A DNA stretch of 64,000 bases from a virus. The DNA is taken from IMG/VR virus record IMGVR_UViG_3300035146_000010. One strand, given 5' to 3'. Below the pieces are notes generated by a model. The model made no database searches. It was not told the origin of the DNA and saw only the letters and a list, made by a program, of their open reading frames with translations. Below, piece after piece: positions 34,777 through 43,166 of the stretch (its first letter is position 1; every line of letters begins with the position of its first letter). Made by a program: the position numbers and the translations under genes.

Positions 34777-35139
34777 ATGAAAAATTTATATTTAAATAAA
34801 GAAACAAGTGATTTAGAATTAAAAAATTTTAATTTAAGATTAACGGAAAATAATACTGAGTGGCTTTCACAAAGAATCGAAAACGAATTTAAGTTTTTTT
34901 ATGGGGAGTGGTTCGCAGAGCAGACAAGGGGCCTAGATCATTTTGGCAAAGTTTTAAAAAAACAAGTCGACGTTGATCAGGTATATGCATTATATTATGA
35001 TTTTCTTAAAAATATAACAGGCGTTAGTTCTATTGAAAGCTTTGAGGTTGATTATGTTCGTGAAACAAGAACATATACAATTAATTTTGTGGTTATAAGT
35101 GAAGAAAATGAAACAGTTGAAGGGAGCGTGACAGTGTAA
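34777..35139 (+). CDS. Baseplate wedge protein (gp25/XkdS-like)
   Basis: Size, position, and the ENEFKFFYGEWFAEQTRGLD pattern. Confidence 0.5.
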   Translation: MKNLYLNKETSDLELKNFNLRLTENNTEWLSQRIENEFKFFYGEWFAEQTRGLDHFGKVLKKQVDVDQVYALYYDFLKNITGVSSIESFEVDYVRETRTYTINFVVISEENETVEGSVTV

Positions 35140-36602
35140 TGGGTTATTTTATAGATTCTACCGGATTCCATAAAAAAACATATTCTGAATTAAAAACAGA
35201 ATATGAAAACGAATTTAAAGCAGCGTTTGGGGATGACATTGATCTTGATCCGTCCGGTCCGTTTGGGGAACTGGTCGGGTTACTTGCTCAAAGGGATTCA
35301 GATATTTGGGAAGGTGTAGAAGAAATTTACAATAGCAGAGATCCAAACGCAGCTGAAGGAATGTCTTTAGATAAAATAGCAGCCGAAACCGGTATTATAC
35401 GACAGGAAGCCACAGAGACTTCAGTATATGTCGTATTGTTATACGGAACCGAAGGCACATTAATTGAAGCTGGAAAAGAAGCCCGGCAAAGTATCGGAGA
35501 CTATTCCGATATGAGCTATGTTTTACAAGAAAATACAACAATTACAAAAACGGCAGCAAGAGAAATTGAATTAACTGTACAAACTCCCGCGGATTTGGAA
35601 GTATTTACAATTACAATAGATAGTGTAGATTATAGTTACGCTGCTAGTGTTGGAAGCGATGACGCTGAGGAAGTTGCTTGGCAATTAAAGACAGCGATCG
35701 AGGCCGGAGTATTTACCGGAACAGTTGCGCAAAACGGAGCAACATTGACAATAACAGATACTAACACCGCCAATGACGCTATGAACATAGATTGGACAGC
35801 AAATATTGATTTAGATTTGTTAGCAAGTGGGGGAACTTTTGAGGCCTCTCTTGCCGGCGAAATTCCGTTAAGCGCGAACAGCTTAGACACAATTGTTACG
35901 CCGGTGTCCGGCTGGGACAGTGTTATAAATCCGAATTCCGGTATAACAGGAAGAAAAAAAGAAACTGATTCTGAGTTTCGTATTCGGCGTGCAAATACAT
36001 TATTTACCGGAAATGCAACAGATGATGCGATGATCCGGGCAATTAGTAATAATGTTTCCGGGATTACTGCGGTGTCTATGACGAGCAATCGGGAAGAAAC
36101 AACAAGCAGTGAAGACATACCTCCACATAGTTATGAAGTTGTCGTGGTTGGGGGGGATGAAGACGACATTGCACAGCAAATTTGGTTGACACAACCATCT
36201 GGGATAGGAAGTTACGGGAACACAGAAAAAACGGTTGTCGATTCCCAGGGAATTACTCAGACAATCTATTTCAGCCGGCCTACTCCGGTGTATATACATG
36301 TCCGAGTCAGCCGGGATTTATATGATGAAGAGTCCTACCCATCTAATGGGGATGATTTGATAAAAGAATATATTGTGGATTGGTCCTTGATAAATCAAAC
36401 AATCGGAAAGGACGTAATCCCGCAAAGATTAAGTACTCCAATTTATCAAGTTCCCGGAGTCGGAAAAATTTTAATTGAGACAGACGGGACGGCCAGCCCC
36501 GGCGATGCTCCGTCATATTCTACAGACATCATTGAAATTGCAAATAGAGAATATGGGGATTTTGCAACAGATAGAATTGTTGTACAAGACTTAACACCGT
36601 AA
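35139..36602 (+). CDS. Baseplate J-like protein
   Basis: DPSGPFGELVGLLAQRDSDIWEGVEEIY...AEGMSLDKIAAETGIIRQEAT. Confidence 0.7.
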   Translation: MGYFIDSTGFHKKTYSELKTEYENEFKAAFGDDIDLDPSGPFGELVGLLAQRDSDIWEGVEEIYNSRDPNAAEGMSLDKIAAETGIIRQEATETSVYVVLLYGTEGTLIEAGKEARQSIGDYSDMSYVLQENTTITKTAAREIELTVQTPADLEVFTITIDSVDYSYAASVGSDDAEEVAWQLKTAIEAGVFTGTVAQNGATLTITDTNTANDAMNIDWTANIDLDLLASGGTFEASLAGEIPLSANSLDTIVTPVSGWDSVINPNSGITGRKKETDSEFRIRRANTLFTGNATDDAMIRAISNNVSGITAVSMTSNREETTSSEDIPPHSYEVVVVGGDEDDIAQQIWLTQPSGIGSYGNTEKTVVDSQGITQTIYFSRPTPVYIHVRVSRDLYDEESYPSNGDDLIKEYIVDWSLINQTIGKDVIPQRLSTPIYQVPGVGKILIETDGTASPGDAPSYSTDIIEIANREYGDFATDRIVVQDLTP

Positions 36603-36615
36603 AAGGAAAAATAAA

Positions 36616-37137
36616 ATGGACGGATATTCAATAGAACAAAAAACATACACGAATGCAGAACTTTTAATTTCTCAGTTTTCGGATAGTGATAAATTAAAAA
36701 GTATTGTAAATGCAGCCAATGCACGGGCAGACGATATAGAAACAGCCGTTTTTGAAATTAGAAGTGAGTTTGATTTAGATGTTGCCGTGGGAGTACAGTT
36801 GGATATTTTGGGCAGTATTTTTAATGAAGACCGGGACGGCCGGACAGATACGGTTTACCGGACAGCTATAAAAAGCAAAGGAGCTAACCAATTTTCCGGG
36901 GAGCCGGAAAGTATTATATCAATTTTAACAAGTACTTTTTTAGCAACATATGTACATTATCGACCATTTTATGATGCAAAATATTATATATCAACAGATA
37001 TTGATATTTCATCTGAGGATTTAGTTCCGTTTTCTCCGGCAGGAGTAAAACCACTTGTCGAGGCGTATTATGTTACAGACGGAAATGGAAATTATGTTGT
37101 AGACGGACAGGGAAAAATTTTAACAGTGATTAAGTGA
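36616..37137 (+). CDS. Baseplate/tail protein (DUF2612 or Tail_P2_I-like)
   Basis: LISQFSDSDKLKSIV...DLDVAVGVQLDILGSIF. Confidence 0.5.
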   Translation: MDGYSIEQKTYTNAELLISQFSDSDKLKSIVNAANARADDIETAVFEIRSEFDLDVAVGVQLDILGSIFNEDRDGRTDTVYRTAIKSKGANQFSGEPESIISILTSTFLATYVHYRPFYDAKYYISTDIDISSEDLVPFSPAGVKPLVEAYYVTDGNGNYVVDGQGKILTVIK

Positions 37138-37149
37138 AGGAGAAATAAA

Positions 37150-38559
37150 ATGGCATATACAACAATTAGTCCGCCTGATTTTGATCCGGCAACCAGTTTA
37201 AATTTAACTGACATTTTATGGGCAATGCAGGGAGTAGCAGCGGACAGGGACAAACAAGTTCCATTATCTCTACTAAAAGAATTTATCAACACAGACATAA
37301 CGTTGACCGGAACAATGATTCACGGGCCGGGCAATTATACAGTTTCTACTCAGGCCGGATTTAATGAACTGATAGAACGAACTGCCGCGAATACATATAA
37401 ACTTAAAGACGAAGTAATTACAATAAAATTAAAATACTTGTCTGGCGGTTATTTGTGTTATGGCGGGACTTCTTATTTATCGGACGGCGATACCTGGGGA
37501 GTATTGCAGACAAATAATTGTACCCGGTTTGAAATAGAAGACGGCGGGCATTTAGCAGTCGGGGACGAACCATTTCAATTATATATAGAAGAGGGCGGTT
37601 ACTTTAAAGTTCCATGTGAGGGGATAGGCTCAGCCGCTTTTTCTGCAACTGATACTAGTAGTCATTTTTTCTGTGCAAATAGTGGTATAGTATTAGATCA
37701 ATGTTCAGTAAAAAATCGGCTTGTTGAAGCGGACACTATTTATAGAATTTTTCATGGTAACGTGCAAGATAATTGTCTTTTTAGAAATTGTTTTGTTCAA
37801 AATTTTAATAGTGATGCTGCCTCTGTTTTTGGTGTAGTTGTTTTTAGTCGTTGTTTTTCTGTTAATGGTTGTTGGGCAGATACTATTTCTACTGGTGCTT
37901 ATCAGCTTGAGATTTTTGCAGAATCTGGATATTTAAATAATACTAGAGCAACAAATATTTCTGGAACAGGAAATGGTGACATATTCGTTTATCATGATAA
38001 TATTGTTATTGCTGGAGCATATGTAAAAAATATTATAAATTCAACAGGCAGCGGAAATGTTTCTGGATTTTATCAATGTGATCAAATATCTGCTTGTCAA
38101 ATACAAACAATAGAAGCATATTCTGGTTCCATTTACTGTTTTTATGCATGTGATCAAATATCTGCTTGTTTTGTAGACGATGCAGAAACAGTAGACGGAA
38201 CTATTTATGGATATCAGGGTTGTAATCAAATTTCTGCGTGTAAAGCAAGTACTTTTGTCAGTACTGGAACTGGTCTTATTTTTGGATATAGACTATGTTA
38301 TGCACTATCGTCTTGCAAAGCTACAAGTTTTCAATCAAATTCTGGAAATGTATATGGATTTTATGAATGTCATGATATGGCAGCATTAATCACAACATTA
38401 TTGAGTTCTACTTCTGGTACAGTTAATGGATATTATAATTGTACTGAAGGAGCAGCGTTTGAAACAGATGTGGGAACAAATAGTGCCAATGATTATATGG
38501 ATACTGCAGACACAAATGTTACAAATAAAAATTCAATACAAGATATTTTTACAACATAA
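37150..38559 (+). CDS. Tail fiber / receptor-binding protein with C-terminal Cys-containing repeats
   Basis: Last gene of the tail module. Contains repeated G.(I/V)YGFY.C.QISAC units. Confidence 0.6.
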   Translation: MAYTTISPPDFDPATSLNLTDILWAMQGVAADRDKQVPLSLLKEFINTDITLTGTMIHGPGNYTVSTQAGFNELIERTAANTYKLKDEVITIKLKYLSGGYLCYGGTSYLSDGDTWGVLQTNNCTRFEIEDGGHLAVGDEPFQLYIEEGGYFKVPCEGIGSAAFSATDTSSHFFCANSGIVLDQCSVKNRLVEADTIYRIFHGNVQDNCLFRNCFVQNFNSDAASVFGVVVFSRCFSVNGCWADTISTGAYQLEIFAESGYLNNTRATNISGTGNGDIFVYHDNIVIAGAYVKNIINSTGSGNVSGFYQCDQISACQIQTIEAYSGSIYCFYACDQISACFVDDAETVDGTIYGYQGCNQISACKASTFVSTGTGLIFGYRLCYALSSCKATSFQSNSGNVYGFYECHDMAALITTLLSSTSGTVNGYYNCTEGAAFETDVGTNSANDYMDTADTNVTNKNSIQDIFTT

Positions 38560-38560
38560 T

Positions 38561-38595
38561 AAAAAAGTCCGGGACTGCTCCCGGACTTAATTGTT
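38561..38595. terminator. Bidirectional terminator between convergent genes
   Basis: agtccggga-ctgc-tcccggact 9-bp stem, flanked by an A-run and T-rich sequence. Confidence 0.75.
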
Positions 38596-39057
38596 TTAGT
38601 CTATTTTATACCGAATACCTACTATAATTTTATTGTAGGTGATCGGTGCCGGCTTTTCTTCATATTCAAAATAATACACATGTTTGCTAACATAATACTG
38701 CCCTATACTAGAAACAACAATGTGTCCGCACATGTGTTCTACTTCTATAAAAAAGAAATCTAAAAAAGTAACACCTATTCCATATGTGTATTGTTCGTAA
38801 TAGGGACTGTTTTTTAGAAAATCCCCGTCAGTCGGGTAAAACCAGCTCTTCAATCCGCCATAAAAATACGGAGAAAAATATTTAAAATCAGTCCCGTATT
38901 TTATTTTCAGATCGATTGTACCGACAGTATTATGATCATTCATTTCATAATACCGTCCGCATCCTGCATTAAATTCCAGCCATCCGGGAATAACTCCCTG
39001 ATAACTAAATGCGTTTGTTGAAATAAATAATAAAAGTACAAATATTATTTTTTTCAT
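38596..39057 (-). CDS. Secreted beta-barrel-like outer-membrane protein candidate
   Basis: ATG at 39057 with GGAGGA RBS. Signal peptide MKKIIFVLLLFISTNAFS. The mature part is rich in alternating Y/G/aromatic strands. Confidence 0.55.
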   Translation of the reverse strand: MKKIIFVLLLFISTNAFSYQGVIPGWLEFNAGCGRYYEMNDHNTVGTIDLKIKYGTDFKYFSPYFYGGLKSWFYPTDGDFLKNSPYYEQYTYGIGVTFLDFFFIEVEHMCGHIVVSSIGQYYVSKHVYYFEYEEKPAPITYNKIIVGIRYKID

Positions 39058-39192
39058 TTTTGATCCTCCAATTTTTTTAACTTTGATTAAAAATACCGGG
39101 GCATTAAGCCCCGGTATCATCACACTTTTTAAAACATTTTCTGAGGTGTATTTTTGAAACTCCCCGGTTTTGCGGTTGCCCGAGGAAAACCG

Positions 39193-39321
39193 TTAACAAG
39201 ATAAGTGACACATTGCAATAATGGTAACCATTATTACAGACGCTATCAGCGCGGTGATAACTACAGAAGCGATAAATATTTTAATATCAACTTTAACGCT
39301 TTTTTTATCACCTTTTTTCAT
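39193..39321 (-). CDS. 42-aa single-pass hydrophobic peptide
   Basis: GGAGG RBS. MKKGDKKSVKVDIKIFIASVVITALIASVIMVTIIAMCHLSC. Below the ORF-track cutoff. Confidence 0.45.
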   Translation of the reverse strand: MKKGDKKSVKVDIKIFIASVVITALIASVIMVTIIAMCHLSC

Positions 39322-39407
39322 TTTAGACCTCCAATTTTAATTTTTGTCCTGTCTCTTCAGTGCCGGGTGGACAGTTCCGGCAGACGCCCATAAGGGCGTT
39401 TCGACTT

Positions 39408-39572
39408 TTAATGATGTTTCTTTTCTATACATTCGTCATCGTCTTGATCCCAGATTTCCCAGTTCTTTAAACCCAAATCAAAAATCACATCGTAGCAATC
39501 ATGAACTGATGGGAACTCCCCGACAAAAAATCTTTCGTTTGTTTCTTTGTTATATTCCATTAACTCTAACAT
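39408..39572 (-). CDS. 54-aa acidic small protein
   Basis: First ORF after cassette copy C (aaaggagatcagaaATG). Confidence 0.45.
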   Translation of the reverse strand: MLELMEYNKETNERFFVGEFPSVHDCYDVIFDLGLKNWEIWDQDDDECIEKKHH

Positions 39573-39689
39573 TTCTGATCTCCTTTATTAACTTTGTTAT
39601 ATTAATAATATACGGAATAAAGATAATAAAGTAAAGTACTTTTTTATGCATAAGAATAAAAATATATTCGTAAGTACTGGTTTTATGAG
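39573..39689 (-). promoter_or_regulatory. Regulatory cassette copy C (minus strand): two AGTACT boxes at 39673-39678 and 39635-39640, -35 at 39630-39635, -10 at 39607-39612
   Basis: The reverse complement aligns with cassettes at 16699-16811 and 45824-45938. Confidence 0.7.
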
Positions 39690-39692
39690 TGG

Positions 39693-40115
39693 TTATTTAA
39701 CCATTTCAAATATGTTAGAAATTTGGGCATCTTTTTTATCAGATTTCCGTTTCATAGCATCTATTTTTGCGCTTTGTCTAAGAAATGGCTGGGTTGCTTC
39801 GTGGATTCTAATTAGCATTGTTTCTACTATATTATTTGTGTCTTCTTGCAATATAGTTAATTCATTTTCTCTTTTGCGTAGATAATTATATTTTTCTCTA
39901 TTAGAACTAATTTGTTTTTTTAATTTAGAAATTTCATTATTTTTTTGTACAATAATTTGTTGTAATTCTTTTTTAATTTCTTGTATTTGTTTTTTATTTT
40001 TTTCTTGATATTCTTTTTTTGTTTCCTGCCGGCCCTGTTCCCGGCCTTTTTTTATTCCGTCTCTTCTTGCTTTTTTAACCTGCTTTGATATAATTCTAAA
40101 AAATAATTTTTTCAT
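39693..40115 (-). CDS. Basic coiled-coil protein
   Basis: 140-aa ORF with GGAGAA RBS. Confidence 0.55.
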   Translation of the reverse strand: MKKLFFRIISKQVKKARRDGIKKGREQGRQETKKEYQEKNKKQIQEIKKELQQIIVQKNNEISKLKKQISSNREKYNYLRKRENELTILQEDTNNIVETMLIRIHEATQPFLRQSAKIDAMKRKSDKKDAQISNIFEMVK

Positions 40116-40127
40116 GGTTTTCTCCTT

Positions 40128-40472
40128 TTATAAAGTTATCCCGTTTAAAGAAAATTCTGGAATGTTGTCCCCGTCTACGCAGTAAAAAAGATGAAAACAA
40201 TATTTATGAATATTTATATAATTTTCTTTTTTGGGAAAAATCATTATTACTTTTTTATCTGTTCCGAAAAATAAGTTTTTAATATATAATATTTCTTCGT
40301 GTGGCGGATACCGATTTGGCCTCGACAAAGACAAATGCCACCATCTTTTGTCGTCATTTTCTATGTTGCAAGAACAAATCACAAGTAAATTTCCTTTCCG
40401 ATACATAGCCCCATCTGTTCGTTTTTCTATCAGATCAAAATTAGCTTCTTTAATTTTCTGCTCATTTATCAT
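40128..40472 (-). CDS. Hypothetical protein (WWHLSLSRPNRYPPHEE motif)
   Basis: 114-aa ORF. Confidence 0.55.
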   Translation of the reverse strand: MINEQKIKEANFDLIEKRTDGAMYRKGNLLVICSCNIENDDKRWWHLSLSRPNRYPPHEEILYIKNLFFGTDKKVIMIFPKKENYINIHKYCFHLFYCVDGDNIPEFSLNGITL

Positions 40473-40634
40473 ATGTCTAATCCCACTATTTTATATTTTA
40501 GATTTTTTAAATACGGTTTTTGCATATAGTCTTTTGCTCCCTGTTCGCTGTTAAAAGCAACTAAATGATTTGTCCCCTCCCAGCATAGGGGATATATTTG
40601 ATTGTCGAATGAACTTTTAAAAAGAATAAAATAT

Positions 40635-41738
40635 TTATTTTCCATTTTCTCTTCCTACAAACATAACGATTGCAAAAGAAATTGGAGCAATTAAATCTAT
40701 AAATATAGCCGGGAATACACTCAGCCAAAATTGTATCATTTCCGGCTTCCATCTAAAAATAGAATTCATCCACAAATAAAAATCAGGCGGACTTTTTTTA
40801 ACAATTGTTATGTTTTTATTTTTTCTTAAATTAGTTAATTTTTTTAATACATTATTTAATTCTTTTTTTGCGCTGTAGTATCTCCAACGAAAAGCATTAT
40901 ATTGTTTTTTGTTTTTTTCAATATTTTCTTTTGTCGTGTATTGAGATAACACAGATTGTAGTTGTTTTATATCCTCTTTAAGTATCCTGGCCCGTTCCTG
41001 GTATTCCTGTTTTTGTTCCGCATATTCCATATTTTTTATATCATTTTCTGCAATCAATTTTTCCTGTTTGTATTGCAAATTAAGTTTTTCTATGCGGGCA
41101 TTATACTGTCCGGCCACGGTACTGATCATAGAAAATACAGTAACAATAATCCATAATAAAGAAAAAACAAAAATTAAAGCATATTGTTTCTTTTTAAAAA
41201 ACAGTACTATTAATTCAAACGCACTAACAGCAAAAGCAACCATTATGGTTGCTAATAACAAAGACCGGAACGGACTCAAAAATTCCCGGAGCCAGTTGTC
41301 TGAATAATACACAGACATGTACGTGGCTCCTATACCGATAACTAATAATATATATTTCAAAATTGATATCCAGTTATTAAATTTAATAACCGGTTTTTTA
41401 AATTGAGTAACATCTAATTTAACAGTGTCTTTTTTTTGTTTGATTTTATTTACAACTTTTTTAACCGGGAGTTTTTTTATTTTGTCCGGCAGTTGGCTGA
41501 TCGTGAGTTTATTATTTTCAACCAAAAGAAACTTTTTGTTTTTGAGATAGGACAATATTTTGTAAATAGAATTTTTATCCAATCCGGTTTCTTCCTTTAT
41601 ATACGAAAGTTTTGGAATTTTTCCGTATTTTTTAAAATAATATTCTAAAATTTTTTTCATTTTTTCAATATCATTCAATGATATTGTTTTAGGTTCCGGT
41701 TTTTTCATTCTTTTTATTTTTCCTTTAATTGTTTTCAC
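40635..41738 (-). CDS. wHTH-like N-terminal domain fused to a multi-pass membrane plus coiled-coil protein
   Basis: GTG start overlapping the upstream stop (GTGA). N-terminal LSYIKEETGLDKNSIYKILSYLKNKKFLL, then 4 hydrophobic helices, a coiled coil and 2 more helices. Confidence 0.6.
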   Translation of the reverse strand: MKTIKGKIKRMKKPEPKTISLNDIEKMKKILEYYFKKYGKIPKLSYIKEETGLDKNSIYKILSYLKNKKFLLVENNKLTISQLPDKIKKLPVKKVVNKIKQKKDTVKLDVTQFKKPVIKFNNWISILKYILLVIGIGATYMSVYYSDNWLREFLSPFRSLLLATIMVAFAVSAFELIVLFFKKKQYALIFVFSLLWIIVTVFSMISTVAGQYNARIEKLNLQYKQEKLIAENDIKNMEYAEQKQEYQERARILKEDIKQLQSVLSQYTTKENIEKNKKQYNAFRWRYYSAKKELNNVLKKLTNLRKNKNITIVKKSPPDFYLWMNSIFRWKPEMIQFWLSVFPAIFIDLIAPISFAIVMFVGRENGK

Positions 41739-41908
41739 TGAGGCAACTCTGCTACCATCACAACTCTTAGTTTTTCTTTAGATGCTATATTATGCGCCAT
41801 TTTAGATGCAGATTTAAAATTGTTCGCGGGAAGTTCTATTTGTTTACAAGATTTTGCCTTAGCACTATCTGAAGTTTTTTTAAAAAATATTCTATAGGTA
41901 TATTTCAT
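41735..41908 (-). CDS. 57-aa small basic protein
   Basis: ATG at 41908 after GGAGTG. Its stop overlaps the GTG of the next gene. Confidence 0.4.
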   Translation of the reverse strand: MKYTYRIFFKKTSDSAKAKSCKQIELPANNFKSASKMAHNIASKEKLRVVMVAELPQ

Positions 41909-42015
41909 GCTGCACTCCTTTTTTCCGTTAATAGTTATATTATACTATTTTAAACACAAAAAGAAATAATTATTTTCCAAAAAGTGAAATTTTTTTAAAA
42001 AAAATTAAAAAGTAC

Positions 42016-42043
42016 TTTACTTGATCACTGTTTTTGTTATTTT
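42016..42043 (+). promoter_or_regulatory. Class A promoter with a single AGTACT box
   Basis: aaaaagtacTTTACT plus 16-17 nt plus TATTTT. Divergent from the minus-strand island. Confidence 0.5.
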
Positions 42044-42072
42044 AGTATTAAAGTTAAAAATTGGAGGTTAAA

Positions 42073-42507
42073 ATGGAAGAACAAAAACAACAAGAAGTAC
42101 AATTTTTGTACGAATTGCTAAAACGTTGTAATTCGCTTACAATCGAATGTTTTTTAAAAGGGAAAGCGTTACCTTTGTCTATTCGTAAACGAGGAATAGA
42201 TAAAGTATCGGTTGTAAAAATGAATGAAATGCAGTTCGAAGATTTTAAAAATAATATATTTATTTTTAAAGTCCGTGATGTGAATTCCAAATTTATAATC
42301 GGAGCGGAGGAAATTGAATCTATTGTTCCATTATATCAAGAACACGCTATTAAAATAGAAATGGACGAAGACGAACAAGTGTCCTTTGAAGTTTCTAAAA
42401 CATATTCAAAAGTGCAAAAAATTTTAATTGTGTTGATAGATGGAATGCACGTTGAAATTTCATTTAAAACGTCCACAATAGCAAAAAAACAAAACGAACC
42501 GCATTAA
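42073..42507 (+). CDS. Hypothetical protein
   Basis: ATG after TTGGAGG. Confidence 0.55.
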   Translation: MEEQKQQEVQFLYELLKRCNSLTIECFLKGKALPLSIRKRGIDKVSVVKMNEMQFEDFKNNIFIFKVRDVNSKFIIGAEEIESIVPLYQEHAIKIEMDEDEQVSFEVSKTYSKVQKILIVLIDGMHVEISFKTSTIAKKQNEPH

Positions 42508-42530
42508 GCGGTTTGTTAAAATTAGCTTTA

Positions 42531-42558
42531 ACGGCCCCATGTTCCGGGGCCGTTTTTT
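42531..42558 (+). terminator. Intrinsic terminator
   Basis: acggcccc...ggggccgt stem plus T6. A near-identical copy lies at 44883-44912. Confidence 0.8.
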
Positions 42559-42581
42559 AAAAATCTAAAAAGGAGAAAATT

Positions 42582-43166
42582 ATGAATTGTTCCGTAGTAG
42601 AAGAAATGTATTATGGTTATAATAATTTATTGCACCAAAAAGTAAATAAATATTTTATTTTAACCGGGGTAGACCGGGAAGAATTACAAGGCCAGGCAAA
42701 TTTAATTTTTATGGAGTGTGTCACATCATTTTTAAAAATACCAAACAGAAAACATTCTTTTTCTACTCATTTATGTAATTCCCTGGAATGGGAAATTATA
42801 CGATTTTTGGAAAAAGAAGAAAAAAAAAGAAAATCAGAAATCAGTATTGTTACAAAAATAGATGATGCTGAATATTATGGAAATGAATATTACATTGATC
42901 CGTTAGCACACGATGATTATTGTGTGCAAACAATTGAACTTAATGATTTAATAAATAATTTAAATGGGGATCTGGCAAAAGAGTGTAAATATATATTACG
43001 TTTAATTTTGCATCCTACGGAAAAACAAAAACGAGAGTTCCCGTATAAAAGCAGAAAAATGAGCCGGAAATCCATACAAAAATATCTGAGAGAAAAAGGG
43101 TGGAAAATTACCACCATAAAAAATTGCTTTAGAAAAATAAGGCAGGAAATAATAAATGAATTATAA
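42582..43166 (+). CDS. Sigma-70 family (ECF-like) factor candidate
   Basis: Region-2-like GQANLIFMECVTSF...LCNSLEWEIIRFL and a C-terminal HTH SRKSIQKYLREKGWKITTIKNCFRKIRQ. Confidence 0.45.
   Translation: MNCSVVEEMYYGYNNLLHQKVNKYFILTGVDREELQGQANLIFMECVTSFLKIPNRKHSFSTHLCNSLEWEIIRFLEKEEKKRKSEISIVTKIDDAEYYGNEYYIDPLAHDDYCVQTIELNDLINNLNGDLAKECKYILRLILHPTEKQKREFPYKSRKMSRKSIQKYLREKGWKITTIKNCFRKIRQEIINEL

Noticed and set aside
37150-38559. Diversity-generating retroelement targeting the fiber tip.
   Set aside because: There is no reverse transcriptase gene in the window, and no template/variable repeat pair with adenine-specific differences. The repeats are internal protein repeats.
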